The notes: a model not told the origin generated them from the letters alone. A DNA stretch of 63,759 nucleotides from an uncultured Clostridium sp. (GCA_945919455.1 CAMEJH010000005.1:1-63759), one strand, 5' to 3'; positions 10,296-18,704 are shown, numbered from the stretch's first letter. Program-made: numbers and translations.

Positions 10296-11615
10296 ATGCA
10301 ATCAAACAAAATTGAGCCAAAAACCCTAGCAGGTTTTATGGAATTATTGCCAAATGAGCAAATATTATTTAATCAAATGAAAGAAACAATTAGAAAGTCT
10401 TACGAAAAATTTGGTTTTTTACCTCTTAACACACCAATAATTGAAATGGCTGATGTTTTACTTGCTAAAGCCGGTGGAGAAACAGAAAAACAAATTTATC
10501 GTTTTAATAAAGGAGAGCATGATCTAGCTTTACGTTTTGATTTAACCGTTCCTTTAGCTAAATATGTAGCAATGCATTATGGCGAACTTTCTTTTCCTTT
10601 TAAACGTTATCAAATAGGTAAAGTCTATAGAGGTGAACGTCCTCAAAAGGGTAGATTTCGTGAATTCTATCAATGTGATATTGATATAATAGGAGATACT
10701 GAATTAAATTGTTTATATGATGCTGAAATTCCTAATGTTATTTATACAACATTTCAAGAATTAGGTTTTTCAGATTTTAAAATACATATTAATAATAGAA
10801 AAATTCTTAATGGATTATTTAGTAGTTTAAAATTAGCAGATCAATCAACAGATATTATGAGAATAATAGATAAAATTGCTAAAATTGGAGAAGAAAATGT
10901 TATTAAAGAGCTTTCTGAGTTAGGAGTATCATCTGATGCTACTTCTACTATCATGAAGTTTATTGCAATTTCAGGAAATAATGATGAGATTATTAATTCT
11001 CTTGAAACTATCGGTATATCTGATGAAACATTTAAACAAGGTGTTTCTGAGTTAAAAGAAGTTATTACTTGCATGAGATTATTTAATGTTCCTGAAAAGA
11101 ATTTTATAATTGACTTAACAATTGCTCGTGGTTTAGATTATTATACTGGAACTGTTTATGAAACATTTTTAGATGATTACCCTCAAATTGGAAGTGTATG
11201 CTCAGGTGGTCGTTATGAAAATTTAGCAGAATACTATACAGACAAAAAATTACCTGGAGTTGGAATTTCTATTGGTCTTACTAGATTATTCTATAAATTG
11301 AATGAATTAAATGCTATTAAGTCTGATAAAAAATCAATTTCTGATGTATTAGTTGTTTCTGCTTCTGATGATTTAATGCCATGCTTACCTGTGGCAACTG
11401 CTTTTAGATCAGCTAATATTAATACTGAAGTTTATATGGAAGATAAAAAAATTAAAGCAAAATTTAAATATGCGGATAAATTGTCTATTCCATTTGTTGC
11501 AGTTATCGGAGAAACGGAAATAGAAACAAATACAGTTTCTTTAAAAAATATGACTACTGGTGAACAAGTACAAGTGAGTATAGAAGATGCTATAAAACTA
11601 ATAACCAATAAATAA
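10296..11615 (+). CDS. hisS: Histidine--tRNA ligase
   Basis: Class II aaRS/HisRS motifs RYQIGKVYRGERPQKGRFREFYQCD and CSGGRYENL. I moved the start from 10242 to ATG 10296, behind AGGAGG at 10283-10288. Confidence 0.9.
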   Translation: MQSNKIEPKTLAGFMELLPNEQILFNQMKETIRKSYEKFGFLPLNTPIIEMADVLLAKAGGETEKQIYRFNKGEHDLALRFDLTVPLAKYVAMHYGELSFPFKRYQIGKVYRGERPQKGRFREFYQCDIDIIGDTELNCLYDAEIPNVIYTTFQELGFSDFKIHINNRKILNGLFSSLKLADQSTDIMRIIDKIAKIGEENVIKELSELGVSSDATSTIMKFIAISGNNDEIINSLETIGISDETFKQGVSELKEVITCMRLFNVPEKNFIIDLTIARGLDYYTGTVYETFLDDYPQIGSVCSGGRYENLAEYYTDKKLPGVGISIGLTRLFYKLNELNAIKSDKKSISDVLVVSASDDLMPCLPVATAFRSANINTEVYMEDKKIKAKFKYADKLSIPFVAVIGETEIETNTVSLKNMTTGEQVQVSIEDAIKLITNK

Positions 11616-11704
11616 AAAATAATATATAACTATTTCATAGCCGAAACATAGTTGGGGTCTTCCTACTGGTCTCGGCTTTATTTAATAGTTATATATTATT
11701 TTTT
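11614..11704. repeat. Long-hairpin intergenic element, copy B
   Basis: Perfect 21-bp arms AAAAAATAATATATAACTATT (11614-11634) and AATAGTTATATATTATTTTTT (11684-11704). Core is TCATAGCCGAAACATAGTTGGGGTCTTCCTACTGGTCTCGGCTTTATTT. It lies between convergent hisS and sigH. Confidence 0.75.
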
Positions 11705-11728
11705 ATTATATTATTTCTATTATATTAA

Positions 11729-12370
11729 TTATTCTATATTTTCTCTTATTTTATTTGCCTTTTTTCTTATTCGTTGTATTGCTGTATCAACTGATTTAAT
11801 TTTTGCATTCAATTTTTCTGCTATTGCTGCATATGATTTTCCTTTTTCATATTCTGATAAAACTAACAACTCAAACTTACTTAAGTTTTCTTTTATCTGT
11901 TCTTCTATACTTTTAAAATATTCTCTATCTGCAATTATATCAGAAGGATCATTTAATGTTTTAATATTTAATACATCCAATTTGTCCATATCTTCATTAT
12001 CTTCATAAGCAGCCGCATTTAAAGAAACAGAAGAATTTAATGGTATGTGTTTCTGTCTATTTGAATTTTTTACAGCTGTTATTAATTGTCTTTCTATGCA
12101 CATATTAGCGAATGTTTTAAATGAATTTTCTTTTTCTGTATCAAATGATTTTACTGCTTTATATAATCCAATCATTCCTTCTTGGATCATATCATCTTTT
12201 TCCGCACCAACCATAAAAAATTTATTTGCTTTCATATTAACAATTTCATTGTATCTTTCCATTAGACAGTTTAATGCCATTTTGTCATCTTTTTTTATAT
12301 TTTCTATTAATTTTTCGTCAGTCATTTGTGTATATTCATTTTCATTAATTGAAAACATATCTTTTTCCAT
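11729..12370 (-). CDS. sigH: RNA polymerase sigma-H
   Basis: 213 aa. EGMIGLYKAVKSFD, RQKHIPLNSSVSLN and the region 4 HTH SYAAIAEKLNAKIKSVDTAIQRIRKK closely parallel Bacillus SigH. Confidence 0.9.
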   Translation of the reverse strand: MEKDMFSINENEYTQMTDEKLIENIKKDDKMALNCLMERYNEIVNMKANKFFMVGAEKDDMIQEGMIGLYKAVKSFDTEKENSFKTFANMCIERQLITAVKNSNRQKHIPLNSSVSLNAAAYEDNEDMDKLDVLNIKTLNDPSDIIADREYFKSIEEQIKENLSKFELLVLSEYEKGKSYAAIAEKLNAKIKSVDTAIQRIRKKANKIRENIE

Positions 12371-12430
12371 TACTATGCCTTATCCTCCTAATCTTCTATA
12401 TCGCTATTATAGCTCCAAATTACTTGTATG

Positions 12431-13237
12431 TCAACATTTTGGAGTAATTTTATTATTAATTTCCATTATATCTATATCAACTTTCATAATATTTTTAGCT
12501 ATATTTTTAAATTCTCTTTCTGGTTTAGTTAAATATATATATTGTTTACTATTTTTACCTATATTATTTAACTTATTGTCCTCTAAAAACTTTTTAACAT
12601 ATTCTGATACAGTAACCCCTGTATTTATTAATTCTATATCATATCCCATTTCTTCTTTTATAATCTTTTCATATATTGGAAAATGTGTACACCCTAAAAT
12701 TATTTGTTTAATATTATTTTGTTTGAATGGCTCCATATATTCTTTTATTGCAGCTTTTCCTTCTTCACTCTCAGCCCTTCCTTCTTCTGCAATAGTAGCT
12801 AACATAGGACAAGCTTTATTTACAACGCTAATTCCTTTTATATTTTCTTTTAATGTTTTTTCCCATGCTCCACTTCTTATTGTTCCTTCTGTAGCAATAA
12901 CACCAATTTCTTTAATATTTTGGTTTTTTATGTATTCAACTGTAGGTTCTATTATTCCTATTATTGGAATATCAAATTTTTCATGTAGTACATCAATTGC
13001 TTGGCTTGTAACTGTTCCACATGCTATTACAATAATTTTTGCATTTTGTATTACTAACTTTTTAGTATTCTCTATAGCAAATTCTATAATTTCTTTTTTA
13101 CTTCTATTTCCATATGGAAAATTCGCAGTGTCTCCTAAATATATAATATTTTCATTTGGCATATTTTTTCTTATTTCACTAAATACTGTTAGTCCACCTA
13201 CACCAGAATCAAAAATTCCAATTGCTCTTTTATCCAT
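12431..13237 (-). CDS. murI: Glutamate racemase
   Basis: IGIFDSGVGGLTV, IACGTVTS and LGCTHFP motifs. I moved the start to ATG 13237, behind AAAGGAGAAG. Confidence 0.9.
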   Translation of the reverse strand: MDKRAIGIFDSGVGGLTVFSEIRKNMPNENIIYLGDTANFPYGNRSKKEIIEFAIENTKKLVIQNAKIIVIACGTVTSQAIDVLHEKFDIPIIGIIEPTVEYIKNQNIKEIGVIATEGTIRSGAWEKTLKENIKGISVVNKACPMLATIAEEGRAESEEGKAAIKEYMEPFKQNNIKQIILGCTHFPIYEKIIKEEMGYDIELINTGVTVSEYVKKFLEDNKLNNIGKNSKQYIYLTKPEREFKNIAKNIMKVDIDIMEINNKITPKC

Positions 13238-13368
13238 AATTTTCTTCTCCTTTGTTTTTATATTATACAATATATTTTATAAATATTCTATAATCTGTTA
13301 TCAATTTTATTTATTTAATCATATTATATATTAATAATGGCTTAAGCCATAAGAAAGGAAGTTTTAAT

Positions 13369-13860
13369 ATGGAAATGAATGATAAAAAACCAGATCCAAT
13401 GCATTCTATAGTTGATATAGATGGTTTTATAGCTGATGGTAAACAATTTGATTTAGATATAACTTTAGCTACTGATCACAGAGATGTTATTTATGGTGTA
13501 GTTAAAGACTGCTTTAAAGAGCCAGTTAAAGATGCTGTTGTAAAATTAGTAGAAGTTGAATATAAATATGGTAAAAAGGAATTAAAGCCTGTTACTCATA
13601 CTTTTACTGATAAAGAAGGCGAATTTGTATTTGGTCCACTTTGTCCTGACAAAAAATATGCAATCCAAATTTGGGCTAATGCTGTAAAACACATCAAAAT
13701 ATGTGTTAGAACTCGTGTTGATAACAAATGCTTAAAAGGCGTAGACATTGACTGTGATCATAAACATGATGAGCATTGTGATAAAGAATGTGATAAACAT
13801 GATGACAAACATTGTGATAGATCTAGCTCTGATTGTTCAGAATCTATAGCAGAAGAATAA
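13369..13860 (+). CDS. Hypothetical protein with Cys/His/Asp-rich C-terminal tail
   Basis: 163 aa. RBS GAAAGGAAG upstream. The tail reads CDHKHDEHCDKECDKHDDKHCDRSSSDC. A clean terminator follows. Confidence 0.6.
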   Translation: MEMNDKKPDPMHSIVDIDGFIADGKQFDLDITLATDHRDVIYGVVKDCFKEPVKDAVVKLVEVEYKYGKKELKPVTHTFTDKEGEFVFGPLCPDKKYAIQIWANAVKHIKICVRTRVDNKCLKGVDIDCDHKHDEHCDKECDKHDDKHCDRSSSDCSESIAEE

Positions 13861-13865
13861 GTTGT

Positions 13866-13894
13866 AAAAAAGGTGCTTAAATAGCACCTTTTTT
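13866..13894. terminator. Bidirectional intrinsic terminator
   Basis: AAAAAGGTGCT, loop TAAAT, AGCACCTTTTT, read directly from the sequence. Confidence 0.7.
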
Positions 13895-14036
13895 ACATTA
13901 TTCCCATCTTTTTAGCCCATTGTTTTCCTTTTTTTGTCATCTTTTTTGCAGTCATATCATTATCATTCCACATCATCATAACTCCAGTTGTAATTAAACC
14001 TCCAACTAATAATCCTTTTACAAATTTCATATTCAT
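13893..14036 (-). CDS. Small (47 aa) membrane protein, below the ORF-track length cut-off
   Basis: My translation is MNMKFVKGLLVGGLITTGVMMMWNDNDMTAKKMTKKGKQWAKKMGIM. AAGAAGGGA lies 7 nt upstream of ATG 14036. The stop codon sits in the 13866-13894 terminator. Confidence 0.4.
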   Translation of the reverse strand: MNMKFVKGLLVGGLITTGVMMMWNDNDMTAKKMTKKGKQWAKKMGIM

Positions 14037-14057
14037 AATATCATCCCTTCTTAAATT

Positions 14058-14447
14058 TTAACTAATTTTATTATGTCTTTTTTTATGTTGTTTATACTCT
14101 TTAAATAAGGTATATATTTCATGAATAGCAATTATTGCTAAAAAAATCCCAAATAATTTTCTAAGTTTTTCAACATCTGTGTTAACTGAAATCTTAGCTC
14201 CTATAATTGCACCAATAATTCCACATATTGAAATGAATGTTGCAAGTTTTGTATCAATAGTTTTATCTCTATAATTGACAATTATTGCTGAAATAGCAGT
14301 TGGAATAAAATATATTAAATTTGTTGCTTGTGCAATATGTTGCTCTAATCCACCAAACATTGTGAGTAAAAATATTAGTATTGTTCCTCCACCCATTCCA
14401 ACTCCACTGAATATTCCTGAAAAAATTCCTATAATTACTTCAAGCAT
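14058..14447 (-). CDS. TauE/SafE-family membrane protein, half-size
   Basis: 129 aa with about 4 TM segments. Gly-rich GVGMGGGTILIF pattern of the sulfite-exporter TauE/SafE family. Its own RBS AAAGGAG is in the 26-nt gap. Confidence 0.7.
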   Translation of the reverse strand: MLEVIIGIFSGIFSGVGMGGGTILIFLLTMFGGLEQHIAQATNLIYFIPTAISAIIVNYRDKTIDTKLATFISICGIIGAIIGAKISVNTDVEKLRKLFGIFLAIIAIHEIYTLFKEYKQHKKRHNKIS

Positions 14448-14473
14448 AGGATCTCCTTTTATTAAAACGAATT

Positions 14474-14818
14474 TTAAAATAGCATACTATATGAAACATA
14501 AATTAAAAAACATGTAAATGCAATTTTTAAAATGTAATCTGGAACTTTTTTTAAAATTTTTGCCCCTAAGTATCCTCCTATTATTCCTCCTACGGCACAT
14601 AACAAACCTGTTTTCCAATTTATATAGTTATTTTTGTAATAGAAAAAACTACTAGTAATTACCATAACTAACATACAACATAAAGATGTTGCTCTTGCTT
14701 TTTTAGGTTCTATGTTTAACATATATACAAAAGAAGGCACAAGTATCATTCCTCCACCAGTTCCAAAAAGTCCACATATTGTTCCTGCAAGTAAACCTAT
14801 AATTGCTTTTTTTATCAT
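14474..14818 (-). CDS. TauE/SafE-family membrane protein, half-size
   Basis: 114 aa with about 4 TM segments. GLFGTGGGMILVP is the same family pattern as the downstream half-size gene. Confidence 0.7.
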   Translation of the reverse strand: MIKKAIIGLLAGTICGLFGTGGGMILVPSFVYMLNIEPKKARATSLCCMLVMVITSSFFYYKNNYINWKTGLLCAVGGIIGGYLGAKILKKVPDYILKIAFTCFLIYVSYSMLF

Positions 14819-14844
14819 ACTCGCACCAGCTTTCTGAAAATCTA

Positions 14845-14909
14845 AAAGAGAAATTTAAGAACCGACCCCAATTTACGAAAAAACGGAACCGACCCCAAAT
14901 TTCTCTTTT
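14845..14909 (-). terminator. Long stem-loop downstream of rarA with two GAACCGACCCCAA repeats in the loop
   Basis: AAAAGAGAAATTT (14845-14857) pairs with AAATTTCTCTTTT (14897-14909). T-rich tracts follow on both strands. Confidence 0.5.
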
Positions 14910-14924
14910 ATTTTTTCCAATTTT

Positions 14925-16166
14925 TTATTTTATATTCTCATCTTTTATATAATATTTAGTTCCAAGCATTTTATTTGGCAAATATTGTTGTTCCACCCAA
15001 TGACCAGGAAAATCGTGAGGATATAAATATCCTTCATGATATCCTAATTCTTGCATTTTTTCTATTGGTGCATTCCTTATATGCATTGGAATTTCTCCTG
15101 TGTCTTTATTCGCAACATCTTCTAGAGCTTTATTTATTCCTAAATATGTAGCATTTGATTTTTTACAATTCGCCACATATACAGCTGCTTCTGCAAGTAT
15201 TATTCGTGCTTCTGGCATTCCTACCATATGTACTGCTTGCATTGCAGATGTTGCTATAACAAGTGCTTGTGGATCTGCTAATCCTACATCTTCAGATGCA
15301 CATATAACTATTCTTCTTGCTAAAAATACAGGATCTTCTCCTCCATTTAAAGCTCTTGCTAAATAAAATAATGTTGCATCTGGATCTGAACCCCTCATTG
15401 ATTTTATAAATGCACTTATATTATCATAATGTGTATCCCCGTTTTTATCAAATAATGCTTTTCTATTTTGAATGCTGTTTTTTATTACTTCATCTGTTAT
15501 GTGTATATATCCATCTGCTCCCATATTGGTTGTTAATACCGCTACTTCAAGTCCATTTAAAGCTGTTCTTACATCTCCATTTGCTATATCTGCTATTTTT
15601 ATTAATGTAGAGTCCTCAATTTTTATACTATATTCTCCTAACCCATCTTTTCTCTCTAAAGCATTTTTTAAAATTTTATAAATATCATTTTCTGTCAATG
15701 GATTTAATTTTATTACCATAGACCTTGATATTAAAGCTTTATTTACTTCAAAATATGGATTTTCCGTAGTTGCTCCTATTAATATTATAGTTCCATTTTC
15801 TACGTATGGAAGCAATGCATCTTGTTGTAATTTATTAAATCTATGTATTTCATCAATAAATAAAATGCTTTTACCTGATGGGTTCATCATATAATTTTGA
15901 GTTTCTTCCACTACTCTTTTTATATCTGCAACTCCTGATGTTACTGCATTTATTTTATAAAATTTATATTTTGTTGTTTCACTTATTACTTTTGCAAGTG
16001 AAGTTTTGCCACATCCAGGTGGTCCAAATAATATAATGCTAGATAGCCTATCTGCTTTTATTGTTCTATATAATAATTTTCCTTCTCCTAATACATGCTC
16101 TTGCCCTACATACTCTTCTAAAGTTTTTGGTCTCATTCTATATGCTAATGGTTCTGTTTGATTCAT
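14925..16166 (-). CDS. rarA: Replication-associated recombination protein A (AAA+ ATPase)
   Basis: 413 aa. Walker A GPPGCGKTS, FIDEIHRFNK, and an MgsA-type C-terminal domain (DAHYD-like DTHYDNISAFIKSMRGSDPDA). Confidence 0.9.
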   Translation of the reverse strand: MNQTEPLAYRMRPKTLEEYVGQEHVLGEGKLLYRTIKADRLSSIILFGPPGCGKTSLAKVISETTKYKFYKINAVTSGVADIKRVVEETQNYMMNPSGKSILFIDEIHRFNKLQQDALLPYVENGTIILIGATTENPYFEVNKALISRSMVIKLNPLTENDIYKILKNALERKDGLGEYSIKIEDSTLIKIADIANGDVRTALNGLEVAVLTTNMGADGYIHITDEVIKNSIQNRKALFDKNGDTHYDNISAFIKSMRGSDPDATLFYLARALNGGEDPVFLARRIVICASEDVGLADPQALVIATSAMQAVHMVGMPEARIILAEAAVYVANCKKSNATYLGINKALEDVANKDTGEIPMHIRNAPIEKMQELGYHEGYLYPHDFPGHWVEQQYLPNKMLGTKYYIKDENIK

Positions 16167-16190
16167 ATTTCTCTCCTAATTTTTTTATTG

Positions 16191-16219
16191 ATTATATTAC
16201 CTTATTTAGAAAAAGTCAA
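16191..16219 (-). promoter_or_regulatory. Sigma-A-type promoter for rarA
   Basis: The minus strand reads TTGACT, a 17-nt spacer, then TATAAT, about 25 nt upstream of the rarA start. Confidence 0.45.
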
Positions 16220-16250
16220 TTCTTTTTTCGAACATTTTTTTGTAAAATAC

Positions 16251-16279
16251 TTGATTTTTATAATTTTTAATAGTATAAT
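16251..16279 (+). promoter_or_regulatory. Sigma-A-type promoter (left arm of the inverted cassette)
   Basis: TTGATT (16251-16256), a 17-nt spacer, TATAAT (16274-16279). Confidence 0.5.
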
Positions 16280-16343
16280 TGCTTGCAGATGAGAGAAGCA
16301 GAGTGTGGCGTGTCACTATCCTTCAAGAGAGGAGGCGATGCGT

Positions 16344-16496
16344 ATGTTAATAATAAATTCTTATTTAGTATTTATTTACATATTATTTATTTATGTCATA
16401 GTATTAACTGCAACCGCAGTAGCCTTATTCGTAGCACTAATTGTTACAATAAGAAAACTAGATAAAATAAAAAACACATCTCTGCCTAGTCATTAG
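16344..16496 (+). CDS. Small hydrophobic peptide (50 aa), candidate type I toxin
   Basis: GGAGG at 16331-16335, 8 nt before ATG 16344. Peptide is MLIINSYLVFIYILFIYVIVLTATAVALFVALIVTIRKLDKIKNTSLPSH: a hydrophobic helix plus a charged tail. The stop TAG lies in the terminator loop. Confidence 0.4.
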   Translation: MLIINSYLVFIYILFIYVIVLTATAVALFVALIVTIRKLDKIKNTSLPSH

Positions 16497-16552
16497 AGAT
16501 GTATTTTTATATCACTTTTGACACGCCACATTTCTGTGGTATCTCATCTTCT
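16470..16552 (-). ncRNA. Candidate ~80-nt convergent RNA overlapping the 3' end of the small ORF transcript
   Basis: Predicted only from the minus-strand promoter at 16559-16587 and the shared bidirectional terminator. It contains a CCACA-GAAA-TGTGG hairpin. Confidence 0.3.
16476..16502. terminator. Bidirectional intrinsic terminator
   Basis: ACATCTCT (16476-16483) pairs with AGAGATGT (16495-16502). It is flanked by an A-run upstream and a T-run downstream. Confidence 0.6.
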
Positions 16553-16558
16553 ATAATT

Positions 16559-16587
16559 ATTATACTCAATAATTTATAAAAAGTCAA
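16559..16587 (-). promoter_or_regulatory. Sigma-A-type promoter (right arm of the inverted cassette)
   Basis: The minus strand reads TTGACT (16587-16582), a 17-nt spacer, TATAAT (16564-16559). Confidence 0.5.
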
Positions 16588-16623
16588 ATAATTTTTTAAC
16601 TTTTTTTAAGAAAGGAAATGTAT

Positions 16624-17226
16624 ATGTTTGCTTATATTAAAGGTTCATTAGAAATGAAATTTAAAAATTATCTAGTTATAGATGTCGGAGGTTTAGGGTA
16701 TAAAATTTTTATGTCCGAAAATGCTATCAATACAATTGGAGAAATTGGAGATATTATAAAAGTTTTTACATATTACAGAGTTAGAGAAGATGATGTTAGT
16801 ATATTTGGTTTTAAAACACAAGAAGAACTTAGAATGTTTGAATTACTCTTATCTGTTAGTGGTGTAGGTGCAAAAAGTGCATTAGTTATGCTTTCTTGTA
16901 TTCAACCTTCTGACTTTGCTATTGCAGTTATTTCAAACGATGTTAAATTACTTACTCAAATTCCTGGAATAGGTGCAAAGTCTGCACAAAGAATTATACT
17001 TGAACTAAAAGATAAATTGAAAAAAGAACAATCTGAAGAAAAATTAGAAGAAGTTTCAAAATCTAAAAAATCTGAAATTAATAATAATGTTCAAGAAGCT
17101 ATTTCTGCACTTATGGTTCTTGGATTTACCAAAAAAGATATTGAAAAAGCTTTTGAACATCTTGATATTGATAATTTATCTCTTGAAGATCTAATTAAAA
17201 AGGGGTTAATTTTACTAACAAAATAG
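16624..17226 (+). CDS. ruvA: Holliday junction branch migration complex subunit RuvA
   Basis: MFAYIKGSL N-terminus and tandem HhH (LLSVSGVGAKSAL, LTQIPGIGAKSAQRI). I moved the start to ATG 16624, which gives better spacing to AAAGGA. Confidence 0.9.
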   Translation: MFAYIKGSLEMKFKNYLVIDVGGLGYKIFMSENAINTIGEIGDIIKVFTYYRVREDDVSIFGFKTQEELRMFELLLSVSGVGAKSALVMLSCIQPSDFAIAVISNDVKLLTQIPGIGAKSAQRIILELKDKLKKEQSEEKLEEVSKSKKSEINNNVQEAISALMVLGFTKKDIEKAFEHLDIDNLSLEDLIKKGLILLTK

Positions 17227-17247
17227 GACTACATAGTAGTCCTATTT
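17221..17247. terminator. Bidirectional intrinsic terminator
   Basis: AAATAGGACTAC, loop ATA, GTAGTCCTATTT, then TT. Confidence 0.6.
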
Positions 17248-18048
17248 TTGTATATCACCTATTTGTGTCTCTGCTTGCTGTTGCAATCCTCTAGTTTCAA
17301 TCCTATATGAAGTCAATTTTGTATATCCTTCTTTTCCACTCATTTCTCTTAATAAATTAAGTGTTGCAACTTCTCCAAGTTGTTCTTTATAATCCATTAA
17401 TTTATTTGTTAATTTGCTTCTATTTACATCTTCATTTTTTATTGAATACGCATAATCACGTGCATCTAATAATGCATTCATATAATCATCTATTTCTTTA
17501 GATTTTAAATCCACGCCTACACCAAACATCATATCAGGATCTTTTACTCGTGTTCCTACTGTTTCTGTTCCATGTGCTGATGGTGCAACAAGTGTAAAAT
17601 CATCTACACTCATACCAGTAACAGTTGCAACTTTTTGCTTTAATATACTTAAATATAAATCGGACATTTCATCAAAATAACCTGCTATTCTCATATTTGA
17701 AACTTCTTCAAAGTCATTTTCTTCAAGTCCCTCTAATTCTTCTGTTAAGTTCATTATATGTTCATATGTTTCTGGAGAAATTTGTAAGTCTTGTGCATTT
17801 ATGTTATATTTTTGCACCTCTCCTATATTTGAAACATATTCTGCTTCTCTTTTATCTATTTTATTTTTTATTGTAGTACCTATTCCAACAGCACCAATAG
17901 CTATACTTCCTGTTAACACTAATGCCATCATTCTTTGCCTCATTGCTTGTTTTGCTCTATATTGTTTGCTTCTTCTTGTAGTTCTTCCTTTTATTACTCT
18001 TTTATTAGGATCATATCTTAATCCTTCTCTAAAATCACCCATAATCAT
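17242..18048 (-). CDS. Hypothetical membrane-anchored protein
   Basis: 268 aa. Basic N-terminus, one TM (MMALVLTGSIAIGAVGIGTTI), then an acidic helical ectodomain or cytoplasmic domain. I recognise no family. Confidence 0.55.
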   Translation of the reverse strand: MIMGDFREGLRYDPNKRVIKGRTTRRSKQYRAKQAMRQRMMALVLTGSIAIGAVGIGTTIKNKIDKREAEYVSNIGEVQKYNINAQDLQISPETYEHIMNLTEELEGLEENDFEEVSNMRIAGYFDEMSDLYLSILKQKVATVTGMSVDDFTLVAPSAHGTETVGTRVKDPDMMFGVGVDLKSKEIDDYMNALLDARDYAYSIKNEDVNRSKLTNKLMDYKEQLGEVATLNLLREMSGKEGYTKLTSYRIETRGLQQQAETQIGDIQK

Positions 18049-18153
18049 TCGTCCTTTCTTATTTCATTGTGAAATACTTCTGTACACTATTATTATAACA
18101 TATTAAACAATTTTTGGCAAATTTGAATAAAAAAAGATGCTGAAAATCAACAT

Positions 18154-18693
18154 CTATTTATATATTCTACTTAATAATGTTCCTACAAAATGCACTATTG
18201 GAGTAGATTCTTTATTTGCTAATTCTTTTCCTAAGGCTTTTCCTCCTACTGTTAATGAGGCTACTACTGCACTTATAATAAATTGTAAATTCGTTCCCGT
18301 TTTTTCTGCTATTTTAGCAGCTATCATTGCACTTATTGCACCACTTAGTACGCCACATATATCTCCAATTATATCTGCACATATATTTGCAACTTTTGCT
18401 GAATTCTTTATTAATTTTATTGAAGTTTTTGCTCCATCCACTTTTTTAGTAGCTTTTGCATGAAATTCTTCTTCATTTGCTACTGTAACTGCAACACCTA
18501 TAATATCAAAAATTATACCAACTGCTATGACTGATACTAATATTATAATTGATGAAACTAAATTCAAATTAGATACGCCATTTGTTGATATATATGAAAA
18601 TATTATTGATAATACAAATGTTGTTATAAATACTTCTATAAACCACTTTAATTTCGAGTGATCTGTTCCTTTGTTCTTTGAGTCTTTACTCAT
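18154..18693 (-). CDS. Small four-TM membrane protein, OapA-like (DUF21/CNNM-like transmembrane domain)
   Basis: 179 aa with four hydrophobic segments. DxxxD motif in ICADIIGDICGV. It starts 12 nt after the ORF-free structured region, behind GAAGGAGAAGG. Confidence 0.55.
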   Translation of the reverse strand: MSKDSKNKGTDHSKLKWFIEVFITTFVLSIIFSYISTNGVSNLNLVSSIIILVSVIAVGIIFDIIGVAVTVANEEEFHAKATKKVDGAKTSIKLIKNSAKVANICADIIGDICGVLSGAISAMIAAKIAEKTGTNLQFIISAVVASLTVGGKALGKELANKESTPIVHFVGTLLSRIYK

Positions 18694-18704
18694 TTAATCC
18701 TTCT

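Noticed and set aside
12045-13334. 429-aa plus-strand ORF, the longest plus-strand ORF in this area
   Set aside because: It is entirely antisense to sigH and murI, which have unmistakable motifs. Its translation is F/S/I/L-rich low complexity, typical of the shadow frame of AT-rich genes.
14448-14473. Frameshift or pseudogene explanation for the two TauE/SafE halves
   Set aside because: The gap contains a proper stop codon followed by AAAGGAG and an ATG at the correct spacing, and each half is a complete 4-TM unit. It is therefore reported as a split gene, with the caveat given in the findings.
16283-16496. The 60-aa (16283) and 63-aa (16305, GTG) ORF-track versions of the small ORF
   Set aside because: The 16283 frame gives a non-hydrophobic, Cys/Asn-rich product with no RBS. 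The 16305 GTG start lies inside the conserved leader repeat. GGAGG spacing favours ATG 16344 (or 16338) in the hydrophobic frame.
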